Origin: Gemmatales bacterium
GTDB lineage: Bacteria > Planctomycetota > Planctomycetia > Gemmatales > HRBIN36
Assembly: GCA_025055835.1 (NCBI GenBank)
Contig: JANWWR010000132.1
Coordinates: 52,834 to 116,833, forward strand
DNA length: 64,000 bases
Direction of reading: 5' to 3'
Of the stretch, positions 38,877 to 48,088 are shown piece by piece. The notes under the pieces were generated by a model. It searched no databases and had not been told where the DNA came from. It saw nothing but the letters and a program-made list of their open reading frames with translations. The position numbers and the translations under genes are program-made. Every line of letters begins with the position of its first letter. The stretch's first letter is position 1.

Positions 38877-41477
38877 TCATTGGAACGTCAATGCTCCCTT
38901 CTTGGCATCGAAATCCACAACTACCCGCTGACCGTCGCGGATTTTGCCTTCGAGAATCAGCCGCCCCAGCACGGTTTCCAGCTCCCGTTGAATCGTCCGT
39001 TTCAGCGGCCGGGCACCGTAGGAAGGGTCGTAGCCGACCTGGACAAGATGCCGCTTCGCCGCGTCCGTCACCTCCAGCTTGATTTGCCGATCCTCCAGCC
39101 GCTTCCGCAGCCGATTCAGCTGGATGTCCACGATCTTCGTCAGTTGCTCCTCGGTCAGCGAGTGGAAGACGACGATCTCGTCAACGCGGTTGAGGAACTC
39201 CGGTCGGAAGTGATGCCGCAGTTCTTGCAAGACGGCTTCCTTCATCCGTTCGTAATTGGGACCATCGAACGCACCCCGGTATTCGAGGATGCGATGGCTG
39301 CCGATGTTGGATGTCATGATCACGATCGTGTTCTGGAAGTTGACGACGTGGCCCTGTCCATCTGTAAGCCGTCCGTCGTCGAGAATTTGCAGGAAAACGT
39401 TGAACACGTCGTGATGGGCCTTTTCGATCTCGTCGAAAAGGATCACGCAATACGGTTTGCGGCGGACGGCTTCGGTCAGTTGTCCGCCTTCCTCGTAGCC
39501 GACGTAGCCCGGCGGCGCGCCCAAAAGCCGGGAGACGTTGTGCTTTTCCTGGTACTCTGACATGTCGATGCGAACCAGGGCTTTTTCGTCGTCGAACAGC
39601 ACCTCGGCCAAGGCTCGGGCCAGTTCGGTCTTTCCCACGCCGGTCGGACCCAGGAAGATGAACGAGCCAATGGGGCGATTCGGGTCTTTCAGTCCCGATC
39701 GGGCACGGATGACAGCCTCGGCGACCGCTTTGACCGCCTCATCCTGACCGACGACCCGCTGGTGCAACTGCTCTTCCAGATGCAGCAGCTTCTGCACCTC
39801 GCCTTCGAGCAATTTCGAGACGGGGATGCCGGTCCAGCGGCTCACCACGTCGGCGATGTCGTGCTCGTCCACTTCTTCCTTGATGAGCCGACGGCCCTTC
39901 TCGGTGCTGAGCAATGCTTCCTCGACCTTCAGTTGCTTCTCCAGTTCGAGGAGCTTGCCATACTTCAACTCGGCGACCCGATTGAGGTCGTACTGCCGCT
40001 CTGCACGCTCGATTTCGAGCTTGGTCTGCTCGATCTGCTCCCGAAGCTTGCGGAGGTTTTCAACCGCCTTCTTCTCGTTCTGCCACTGGGCTTTGATGGC
40101 GTCGGTCTGTGCCCGCAGATCGGCCAGTTCCTTTTCCAACTTGGCCAGGCGTTCCTGGGAGGCGGGGTCTTTTTCCTTCTTGAGGGCCTCGCGTTCGATC
40201 TCCAGCTGCATGACTCGGCGAAGCTTTTCGTCGAGTTCCGCGGGCATGGAGTCGATCTCCGTGCGGAGCTTGGCAGCGGCTTCGTCCACGAGGTCGATGG
40301 CCTTGTCCGGCAGGAAGCGGTCGGAGATGTAGCGGTTGGACAGGACCGCAGCGGCGACGAGGGCCGAGTCCTTGATCCGCACCCCGTGATGGACTTCGTA
40401 CCGTTCCCGCAGACCGCGAAGGATCGAAATCGTGTCCTCGACGCTGGGCTGGTCCACCAGAACGGGCTGAAAACGGCGTTCCAAGGCGGCGTCCTTCTCG
40501 ATGTACTTGCGGTATTCGTCGAGGGTGGTTGCGCCGATGCAGTGTAGTTCGCCGCGGGCCAGCATCGGCTTGAGCAGGTTGCTGGCATCCATCGCCCCTT
40601 CGGCCTTGCCCGCACCGACGACGGTGTGCAGTTCGTCGATGAACAGGATGATCTCGCCCTGGGATTCCTGGATTTCCTTGAGCACGGCCTTGAGGCGTTC
40701 CTCGAACTCGCCGCGGTACTTGGCCCCGGCGATGAGCGCACCCATGTCGAGGGCGACAATGCGCTTGTTTTTAAGCCCCTCCGGCACATCGCCGCGGACG
40801 ATCCGCTGGGCCAGCCCCTCGACGATGGCGGTCTTGCCCACGCCGGGTTCGCCGATCAGCACCGGGTTGTTCTTGGTGCGGCGAGAAAGCACCTGGATGA
40901 CCCGGCGAATTTCATCGTCCCGGCCGATGACCGGGTCGAGCTTGCCGAGCCGAGCCAGTTGCGTCAGGTCCCGCCCGTACTTCTCCAGGGCCTGATACGT
41001 CGCCTCGGGATTCTGCGACGTGACCCGCTGGTGCCCGCGGACCTCCTGCAAGGCAGAAAGCAGCTTGTCGCGGGTGATCCCGAACTCTTTCAAAATGCGG
41101 CCGGTGGCTCCGCCGTCGTCGGTCATCGCCAGAAGCAGATGTTCGACACTGACGTAGTCATCCCGCAGCCGCTTGGCCTCATCCTCCGCCTGAAGGAACA
41201 GGCGATTGAGCCGACCCGTGACGTAAATCTGCCCGGGTTCGCCGGACGGCCCGCTGACCCGAGGCAATTTCTCCAGCTCCTGCTCGACCCGCCGCCGCAG
41301 CCGCTCAGCCGGGACGTTCAGCTTTTTCAGGACCGCTTCGGTCAAGCCGCCCTCTTGAGTCAGCAGGGCATACAGCAGATGCTCGACGTCCATCTGCTGC
41401 TGGCTTCTTCGCAACGCCAGCTTCTGGGCTTCAATGACTGCTTCCTGAGCTTTTTCCGTGAAACGATTAATGTCCAT
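38877..41477 (-). CDS. clpB: ATP-dependent disaggregase ClpB
   Basis: [13 protein letters not shown] starts the Clp_N domain. Two AAA+ modules ([18 protein letters not shown]) flank a long coiled-coil middle domain. ATG 41477 lies 10 nt after GGAGG. Confidence 0.95.
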   Translation of the reverse strand: MDINRFTEKAQEAVIEAQKLALRRSQQQMDVEHLLYALLTQEGGLTEAVLKKLNVPAERLRRRVEQELEKLPRVSGPSGEPGQIYVTGRLNRLFLQAEDEAKRLRDDYVSVEHLLLAMTDDGGATGRILKEFGITRDKLLSALQEVRGHQRVTSQNPEATYQALEKYGRDLTQLARLGKLDPVIGRDDEIRRVIQVLSRRTKNNPVLIGEPGVGKTAIVEGLAQRIVRGDVPEGLKNKRIVALDMGALIAGAKYRGEFEERLKAVLKEIQESQGEIILFIDELHTVVGAGKAEGAMDASNLLKPMLARGELHCIGATTLDEYRKYIEKDAALERRFQPVLVDQPSVEDTISILRGLRERYEVHHGVRIKDSALVAAAVLSNRYISDRFLPDKAIDLVDEAAAKLRTEIDSMPAELDEKLRRVMQLEIEREALKKEKDPASQERLAKLEKELADLRAQTDAIKAQWQNEKKAVENLRKLREQIEQTKLEIERAERQYDLNRVAELKYGKLLELEKQLKVEEALLSTEKGRRLIKEEVDEHDIADVVSRWTGIPVSKLLEGEVQKLLHLEEQLHQRVVGQDEAVKAVAEAVIRARSGLKDPNRPIGSFIFLGPTGVGKTELARALAEVLFDDEKALVRIDMSEYQEKHNVSRLLGAPPGYVGYEEGGQLTEAVRRKPYCVILFDEIEKAHHDVFNVFLQILDDGRLTDGQGHVVNFQNTIVIMTSNIGSHRILEYRGAFDGPNYERMKEAVLQELRHHFRPEFLNRVDEIVVFHSLTEEQLTKIVDIQLNRLRKRLEDRQIKLEVTDAAKRHLVQVGYDPSYGARPLKRTIQRELETVLGRLILEGKIRDGQRVVVDFDAKKGALTFQ

Positions 41478-41554
41478 GATAAGAGAGGAACCTCCGTCCT
41501 CGATCCGAAAGTTCAAATCTGCTTCGCAGCCGCGGTCTGCTGAAGCGATGCGTT

Positions 41555-41585
41555 ATTCTATCCGAAGTTTTTGCGATTTTGTCAG
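41555..41585 (-). promoter_or_regulatory. candidate sigma70-type promoter for clpB
   Basis: Minus strand: CTGACA (rc of 41580-41585), 19-nt spacer, TAGAAT (rc of 41555-41560). The spacer is longer than optimal. Confidence 0.2.
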
Positions 41586-41725
41586 AAGATCAGAGGGCCG
41601 ATTACCTGCCGAGGAAATGTCCGGTTTCACGAAGATTTCATGGCCCTCGCCCTGGTTCCAGCACCCGGGAGGCATTACCATACGGCTTCACGAATTTCGC
41701 GATTTCCGCCCTTGGAGGGCAGGCC

Positions 41726-44173
41726 ATGAAGCGATCCACCCTTGCGATCGGTTTGGCAGTTCTCGGCTTCGTTTTGACGGCGTGGAGCCAGGAAGGACGG
41801 GTTTTGCCCGGACCTCGGCCCGATGGTCGGATCCAGCTGCCTAATCAATGGTCGCTACGTCCCGCGGGGAGGCAGATCGAAGTCGGCGATTTCCCCGTCA
41901 ACATGGCCCTCCATCCGCAGGGCAAGTTCCTGGCCGTTCTTCATGCGGGGTATGGCGAACACGAGGTCATGATTATCGACCTGACCAAGCAGCGAATTGC
42001 CAGCCGAGTACCCGTCGAGCAGACGTTCTACGGCCTGTGCTTCAGTCCGGACGGCAAGCACGTCTACGCCAGCGGGGCGGAGTTTGAGATCGTGCATCAA
42101 TTCGAGTTTGAGGACGGCCTGCTCGGCAGGCGTCGAACCATCCGCATTGCCGAGGAGAAAAGCAAGTTTATCCCGGGCGGTATCGCGGTCAGCAGCGATG
42201 GAAAGACGCTGTTCGTCTGCGGCACCTGGGGAAGCGGCGTGTGCGTGGTACCCTTGGACAAGCCCGAAGATCGGTGGACGGTGCAATTGGAGGCCGAGTC
42301 GTATCCGTACACCTGCCTGCCGGACAAGGAAGGCAAGCGGCTCTTCATCAGCCTGTGGAGCAAGGCTTCGGTCGCAGTGCTGGATCTGACCGAACGGAAA
42401 GTTACCGCTCAGTGGCCGACAGAACGGCACCCCACGGAGATGGCCCTGACGCCGGACGGCAAGACGCTTTATGTCGCCTGTGCCAATTCCACGAAGGTCA
42501 GCGTCCTGGATGCCGGGGACGGCAAGGCTCTTCAGACCATCGCCTGTTCGCTTTACCCTGCCGCTCCCACGGGCAACACACCCAACAGCCTGAGCCTGAC
42601 CCCGGACGGCCAGATTCTTCTGGTTGCCAACGCCGACGCGAACAACCTTTCATTGTTCGATGTGCAGGACCGCCTGCGGGCCAAGCCGCTCGGCTTCATT
42701 CCCGTGGGATGGTATCCGACCTCGGTTCGCTACCACGCCGCCGACAAGCGAATCTACGTCGCCAACGGGAAAGGCACGCTGCCCAAGGCTAACCGCCAGG
42801 GTCCCGACCCGACCGCCACGGTTCGCACCTTGCGGGAGTACATCGGCACGCTGTACCGCGGCACGGTCAGCGTGATCGACATGCCGACGCCGGAACAGAT
42901 GGTCAAATACAGCCAGCAGGCGTTCGAGTGCAGCCCGCTGCGGGCCGACCTTGCTCCAGTTGGCACCCGTTCGCCGGACAATCCGATCCCCGCCAAGGTC
43001 GGCGAACCCTGCCCAATCAAGTATTGCATCTACATCATCAAGGAAAACCGGACCTACGATCAGGTCTTCGGCGACCTGCCCGAGGGCAACGGCGATCCGA
43101 GCCTGTGCATCTTCCCGGAACGGGTGACACCGAACCATCACAAGCTGGCCCGCGAGTTCGTGCTCCTGGACAACTTCTACGTCGAGAGCGAGGTGTCAGC
43201 CGACGGGCATGAGTGGTCCATGGGGGCCTATTGCACCGACTTCGTCGAAAAGGTCTGGCCGCTGAATTATCGGGGCAGCCCGCTTCGGAAACTGACGCAG
43301 TATCCCGCCGAGGGAGAAAAGGATGCCGTGGCCCGTCCCGCGGGAGGGTACATCTGGGACCGCTGCGCCGAGGCCGGGGTGAGTTACTTCAGCTTCGGCG
43401 AGTGGATCGCCAACGGGCCGACACCCAACGATCCGGGCCGGGCACGGGTGAAAGCCCTGGAGGGTCATTTCGATCCGTGGTTCCGCGGCTATGACCTCGA
43501 CTACCCCGACGTCAAACGCGCCGAGCGGTTCATCACCGTGCTGAAGCAGTGGGAAAAGGAAGGCAAGATGCCGCAGCTGGTCATCCTGCGCCTGCCCAAC
43601 GATCACACCGCCGGGACGCGGGTCGGCAAACCGACGCCGACGGCGATGGTGGCGGACAACGACCTCGCCCTCGGCATGGTCGTCGAAGCCATCAGCAAAA
43701 GCAAGTTTTGGAAGGAGTCAGCGATCTTTGTGGTCGAGGACGACGCCCAGAATGGGCCGGATCATGTGGACGCTCATCGCACCGTGGCCTTCGTCATCAG
43801 TCCCTACGTCAAGCGGAAGTCCGTGGATTCGACCATGTATTCCACGGCAAGCATGTTGCGAACGATGGAACTGATTCTCGGCCTTAAGCCGATGAGCCAG
43901 TTCGACGCCGCGGCCCGGCCGATGTACAACTCGTTCACGGCCAAGCCGGACTTTACGCCCTACGAACATCTGCCGGCCAACGTGGACCTGACCGAAACCA
44001 ACAAGGCGACAGCCTGGGGAGCGAAGCTCTCGGAGCAATTGGACCTGAGCAAGGAAGACGCCGCGGACGATCTCCTTTTCAACGAGATCATCTGGCGGTC
44101 CGTGCGTGGCCCCCATTCACCGATGCCGCCGCCGGTCCGGGCCGCCTTCGTCTTTCCGCACCTGGACGATTGA
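41726..44173 (+). CDS. secreted fusion: YVTN/lactonase-type beta-propeller + phosphoesterase (PLC/AcpA-like) domain
   Basis: Signal peptide MKRSTLAIGLAVLGFVLTAWSQ. Repeated motifs SPDGKHVYA, SSDGKTLFV, TPDGKTLYVA and TPDGQILLVAN mark the propeller. The C-terminal phosphoesterase motifs are IKENRTYDQVFGD and EDDAQNGPDHVDAHRT. Start is ATG 41726. Confidence 0.85.
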   Translation: MKRSTLAIGLAVLGFVLTAWSQEGRVLPGPRPDGRIQLPNQWSLRPAGRQIEVGDFPVNMALHPQGKFLAVLHAGYGEHEVMIIDLTKQRIASRVPVEQTFYGLCFSPDGKHVYASGAEFEIVHQFEFEDGLLGRRRTIRIAEEKSKFIPGGIAVSSDGKTLFVCGTWGSGVCVVPLDKPEDRWTVQLEAESYPYTCLPDKEGKRLFISLWSKASVAVLDLTERKVTAQWPTERHPTEMALTPDGKTLYVACANSTKVSVLDAGDGKALQTIACSLYPAAPTGNTPNSLSLTPDGQILLVANADANNLSLFDVQDRLRAKPLGFIPVGWYPTSVRYHAADKRIYVANGKGTLPKANRQGPDPTATVRTLREYIGTLYRGTVSVIDMPTPEQMVKYSQQAFECSPLRADLAPVGTRSPDNPIPAKVGEPCPIKYCIYIIKENRTYDQVFGDLPEGNGDPSLCIFPERVTPNHHKLAREFVLLDNFYVESEVSADGHEWSMGAYCTDFVEKVWPLNYRGSPLRKLTQYPAEGEKDAVARPAGGYIWDRCAEAGVSYFSFGEWIANGPTPNDPGRARVKALEGHFDPWFRGYDLDYPDVKRAERFITVLKQWEKEGKMPQLVILRLPNDHTAGTRVGKPTPTAMVADNDLALGMVVEAISKSKFWKESAIFVVEDDAQNGPDHVDAHRTVAFVISPYVKRKSVDSTMYSTASMLRTMELILGLKPMSQFDAAARPMYNSFTAKPDFTPYEHLPANVDLTETNKATAWGAKLSEQLDLSKEDAADDLLFNEIIWRSVRGPHSPMPPPVRAAFVFPHLDD

Positions 44174-44213
44174 TCGCACTTCATCGGGCTGCAAACAACC
44201 GATCGGAAGCCGC

Positions 44214-46103
44214 TTACGTCTGTGGACGTTCGCGGACGTTGAATTCAAGCTTCCACTGCTGTTTGCCATCCCGGCTGCGGCACCACAGTTCCAGCGTGCC
44301 AACGGGTGTAACCTTGGAATGAAGCACGACGGGGACGGTCATGCCGGTCGTCACCTTGCGGCCTTCGACAGACTGGCCCGGATCAAGCGTGATTTCCAAG
44401 GGATTGAGTTCCTCGATCTGGTCCTGCCAGTCCTCGACAACCGTGCCGACCGTGTCCTGCCGCCGCTGGGTTGAACCAAGAAAGCGGAACTGCACGGGTT
44501 CCCCGACGATCAGGCCGAACTCCTGACCGGGGATGTCCGCTTCCGTCCCCTCCTCCATGCCGAAGGGAACGACGCAGACGGCCTTGATCGGCGGCGGCAT
44601 GCCGGGCACGGCCGGCAGGCTGCTCTCGACGCCGACGTAGTAGGCCCGCGCTGTTCCACCACGGATACGCACTCCTTTGCCGCGACGGACCAGGCCGTAG
44701 TACGCCGCTCCTCGGGCCACGGCCAGGTCGAGGTCGTTGCCCGGAAGCACTCGAACCTTCTCGCCGCTCAGGTCAGCAGCCCATTCGTTGAGGATCGCTT
44801 CGAGACGCTCTTGCAGCACCTGGGCTTTGAACACGCCGCCGTTGAACAGGACCGCGGTCGGCATTCCCCCGGACTGGCTTTTTCCTTTGCGTCCAGCTTT
44901 CGCGCCGCCCGACCGTCTTTCGGCCAGGGTCTTGGCGATGACCTCGGCATGAGTGCGTAGAAAGGCGGCGAGGTGCTTGGTTATGGCGGGATCGGCAGCG
45001 TAGGGGAGGCCCAATTCCTGAAGGCCGACCGCCCGTTGTCGTTTCGGCTCGGCATCCGACGGGCACTTGGGGAGGAAGCCTTCGATCAGAACGTGTTCCA
45101 GGTCTTGCCGGGTCAGTTCGGTGCGTAGCGCTCCGCCGATGACGCGGCTACCACGGCCCAGCACCGTGACCGGAGCCGAGGTCAGCGACGAATCGCCAAA
45201 GAGCTGCTCCTTGGCCAGGCGGGCTGCATGACCCAGTTGCAGAAACTGACCGGTATCGAGCTTGACGTTTTGCCGGGCGAACTGCTGTTGCAGATGGTGG
45301 GCGAGGGCCAGGTCCATGTTGTCGCCGCCCAGCAGAATGTGGTCGCCGACGGCGATCCGCTGAAGGACGAGTTGCCCCTCTTCCTCGGCCACGGCGATCA
45401 ACGTCAAATCCGTGGTGCCGCCGCCAACGTCGCAGACCAAGATCACGTCGCCAACTTCGACCTTCTCCCGCCAGGCATCCCCAGAACCTTGAATCCAGGC
45501 ATAAAAGGCGGCCTGAGGCTCCTCCAGAAGCGTGACGTGTTCCAGCCCGGCAGCCCGGGCAGCCTCAACCGTCAAATCCCGAGCGGCAGCATCGAAGGAC
45601 GCCGGGACCGTCAGCACGACCTCCTGGTGTTCGAGCCGATGTTCGGCGACGTCCTTGGCGACCACATGATTCCAGGTTTCGCGGAGGTGTTGGAGATAGC
45701 GGGTCGAGGCCTCCAGCGGCGAAACCTTGCGAACATCTTCTGGGGCCTTCCACGGCAGAATCGGCGAACGGCGATCCACCCCGGGATGACACAACCAGGA
45801 CTTGGCCGAGGAAACCAACCGGGTCGGCACTTGAACCCCGAAGTTACGCGCGAATTCCCCGACGGCATAATCTCGAGCGGCATCCCAGGGCAGGGCCAGA
45901 CTGCCGACCGGCTGCTCACCGGGCTTGGGCAGATAGAGAAAGGACGGAAGCAGGGGGCGTTCAGCCACGTCCCCGGCCCGCACCAGTTGCAAGATCGGCA
46001 AAACGCGGATGCTGGGCGAATCCCCGGCCCCTGTGTCGGCATAAGCTAGGGCACTGTTCGTGGTTCCCAGGTCGATCCCGACGACAAAGCGCGAACCAAC
46101 CAT
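44214..46103 (-). CDS. Hsp70-family ATPase with non-DnaK C-terminal domain
   Basis: Actin-fold/Hsp70 NBD motifs VGIDLGTTNSALA, VLTVPASFD and VCDVGGGTTDLTLI. The C-terminal ~250 aa do not resemble the DnaK substrate-binding or lid region. There is no dnaJ or grpE nearby. Confidence 0.85.
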   Translation of the reverse strand: MVGSRFVVGIDLGTTNSALAYADTGAGDSPSIRVLPILQLVRAGDVAERPLLPSFLYLPKPGEQPVGSLALPWDAARDYAVGEFARNFGVQVPTRLVSSAKSWLCHPGVDRRSPILPWKAPEDVRKVSPLEASTRYLQHLRETWNHVVAKDVAEHRLEHQEVVLTVPASFDAAARDLTVEAARAAGLEHVTLLEEPQAAFYAWIQGSGDAWREKVEVGDVILVCDVGGGTTDLTLIAVAEEEGQLVLQRIAVGDHILLGGDNMDLALAHHLQQQFARQNVKLDTGQFLQLGHAARLAKEQLFGDSSLTSAPVTVLGRGSRVIGGALRTELTRQDLEHVLIEGFLPKCPSDAEPKRQRAVGLQELGLPYAADPAITKHLAAFLRTHAEVIAKTLAERRSGGAKAGRKGKSQSGGMPTAVLFNGGVFKAQVLQERLEAILNEWAADLSGEKVRVLPGNDLDLAVARGAAYYGLVRRGKGVRIRGGTARAYYVGVESSLPAVPGMPPPIKAVCVVPFGMEEGTEADIPGQEFGLIVGEPVQFRFLGSTQRRQDTVGTVVEDWQDQIEELNPLEITLDPGQSVEGRKVTTGMTVPVVLHSKVTPVGTLELWCRSRDGKQQWKLEFNVRERPQT

Positions 46104-46189
46104 TTCGCTTTCCGATCACCAGAACCCTGCTGAGTTCCGCTCCCTGGTCGGCCAAAAAACCGCTGGAAGCAGCCCCGACGGTTGATTTC

Positions 46190-46217
46190 AATATAGAAGT
46201 CCTGTGCAAGCTCCCAA
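46190..46217 (-). promoter_or_regulatory. candidate sigma70-type promoter for the Hsp70-family gene
   Basis: Minus strand: TTGGGA (rc of 46212-46217), 16-nt spacer, TATATT (rc of 46190-46195). About 85 nt upstream of ATG 46103. Confidence 0.3.
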
Positions 46218-46230
46218 GGGCGGCGGGGCT

Positions 46231-46247
46231 TGTCATTTGCATGTCAA
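46231..46247. promoter_or_regulatory. Pho-box-like direct repeat TTGTCAT-N4-ATGTCAA (11-bp period)
   Basis: cTTGTCATttgcATGTCAAc compares with the enterobacterial Pho box CTGTCAT-N4-CTGTCAY. It lies in the divergent region between the Hsp70-like gene and the sigma54 activator. Confidence 0.25.
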
Positions 46248-46267
46248 CGTCTCCGGAAGGAAAGGTC

Positions 46268-48088
46268 ATGGACGCATATGTGTTAGTCGTCAGCGACGGC
46301 GAAACCGACCGTCCCATCGGCCTGACCCGGGGCAGGGCTTACGGCATCGGGCGTTATCGGGACAATGACATCATCCTCCGGGGACGCCATGTCTCCCGGC
46401 ATCATGCGGTCATTTTCAGCGACGAGCAAGGCTGGAAGATCCGTGATAACGGCAGTGCTAACGGCACCCTGGTCAACGGCACTCGGATCACGGAGCCGGT
46501 CCTGTTGGCGGACAAGGCTCGGATCGTCGTCGGCGACGTCGAATTGCACTTCGGTCTGGGTCGGCCTCCTGAAAACTTACTCGAGGACAAGCAGTTGATG
46601 CAGGCCGACTCCTGCGAAGTTCTGCAAACGGTGGCTTTTCGCCCCGACGCGCTGGACGCCCTGTACCGCTTCATGTCCGGCGTCATGAACGCCTTACAGC
46701 CCCAGGACGCTATCACCGTGGCCCTGGACACCATTCACCGGCTTACCCGTGCCGATGTGGTTGGCTTCCTGGGCGTGGGTCTGGAAGATGAGTTGTTGCC
46801 CCGAGTTGTTCTGCCCCAAAGTGCCCGCCGTGAATACCGCTTGAGCAAACGGCTGACCGCCCAGGTTAAGGAGAGCCGACGGTCCATCTGGCTCCAGTCC
46901 GACCGTACCACTTTAGAACTGGACCACATGGAAAGCCTGGTCGGCTTCGAGGACGCCATCTGCGTGCCGCTCCTTCACGGGGAATTGTTGATCGGGGCAT
47001 TGCATGTCTATCAACAGGGTCGCAGTTTCCAGGCATTGGATGTGCGGCTGTGCGAGATTGTGGCGACGCATCTGGCCAGCGCTTTGCGTTTGCGGCGACT
47101 GCTGGCCCAGTACGAGGAAGAAAATCTTCGTTTGCGGACTCGGGCCACGCCGGTTTCTCAGCAGTTGGTCGGCAGCAGCCGGGCCATGCAGCAGCTTCGG
47201 GATCGCATCGCCAAGGCCGCTGCGAATCTCAGCACGGTACTCATCGTGGGCGAGACCGGCGTAGGCAAGGAACTGGTGGCCACGGAGATCCACCGCCTCA
47301 GTCCGCGACGGGACGGTCCGCTGGTCACGATGAATTGCGGCGGGTTGACGCCGGAGCTGGTTCAAAGCGCCTTGTGCGGACATCGTCGCGGAGCTTTCAC
47401 GGGAGCGGAATCCGACAAGAAGGGCTATCTGCTGCGGGCGGATGGCGGCATCCTGTTTCTTGACGAGATCGGTGAGTTGCCCGAGGTTGGCCAGACGCAT
47501 TTCCTCCGCGTTTTGGAAGGCAAACCGTTCACGCCCGTCGGCGCAGATGAGGAAATCACGGCGGATGTCCGTTTCATCGCCGCCACGAATCGTGACCTGG
47601 AGAAGGCGGTCCGCGAAGGCCGGTTCCGGCACGATCTCTACTACCGACTCAATCGCGTGCAGATTCGCGTGCCGCCGCTGCGGGAACGCCGGGAAGACAT
47701 TCCCGAACTGGTTTCCTACTTTCTCAGCCGGCTCCAGGAAGCGGACGGAAGGAGTTTCCGCGTCACCCCCCAGGCCCTGGCTCGGTTGCAGGAATACGAC
47801 TGGCCGGGCAATGTACGGCAACTTTTCGGCGTCCTGGAATCGGCCTGCTGTTTTCTCGAAGGCGACACGATTGACCTGGAACATCTATGCCTGGAACGCG
47901 AACGCAAAACGACCTCCGGCACATCCGGACAGCTGCCTACCTGCAATCTCGAAGAACTGCGTCGCCTGGCCGTCGCTCAGGCCATGTGCGAAGCCAAGGG
48001 CAATACCACTCGGGCCGCCGAACTGCTCGGTGTCTCCCGTTCCACGCTGCTGTCGTGGCGAAATAAGACTCCCGACGAGCAGCCATGA
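46268..48088 (+). CDS. sigma-54-dependent transcriptional activator with N-terminal FHA and GAF domains
   Basis: FHA region is GRYRDNDIILRGRHVSRHHAVI...SANGTLVNG, followed by a GAF-like middle. The AAA+ sigma54 module carries GETGVGKE, GAFTGA and the ELPEVGQTHFLRVLE region. C-terminal Fis-type HTH is GNTTRAAELLGVSRSTL. ATG 46268 follows GGAAGGAAAGG. Confidence 0.9.
   Translation: MDAYVLVVSDGETDRPIGLTRGRAYGIGRYRDNDIILRGRHVSRHHAVIFSDEQGWKIRDNGSANGTLVNGTRITEPVLLADKARIVVGDVELHFGLGRPPENLLEDKQLMQADSCEVLQTVAFRPDALDALYRFMSGVMNALQPQDAITVALDTIHRLTRADVVGFLGVGLEDELLPRVVLPQSARREYRLSKRLTAQVKESRRSIWLQSDRTTLELDHMESLVGFEDAICVPLLHGELLIGALHVYQQGRSFQALDVRLCEIVATHLASALRLRRLLAQYEEENLRLRTRATPVSQQLVGSSRAMQQLRDRIAKAAANLSTVLIVGETGVGKELVATEIHRLSPRRDGPLVTMNCGGLTPELVQSALCGHRRGAFTGAESDKKGYLLRADGGILFLDEIGELPEVGQTHFLRVLEGKPFTPVGADEEITADVRFIAATNRDLEKAVREGRFRHDLYYRLNRVQIRVPPLRERREDIPELVSYFLSRLQEADGRSFRVTPQALARLQEYDWPGNVRQLFGVLESACCFLEGDTIDLEHLCLERERKTTSGTSGQLPTCNLEELRRLAVAQAMCEAKGNTTRAAELLGVSRSTLLSWRNKTPDEQP

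Noticed and set aside
46104-46267. Sigma54 promoter in the spacer next to the sigma54 activator
   Set aside because: The best candidates (TGGCCGACCAGGGAGC on the minus strand, TGGGAGCTTGCA) have the wrong GG/GC spacing. No convincing -24/-12 element is present.
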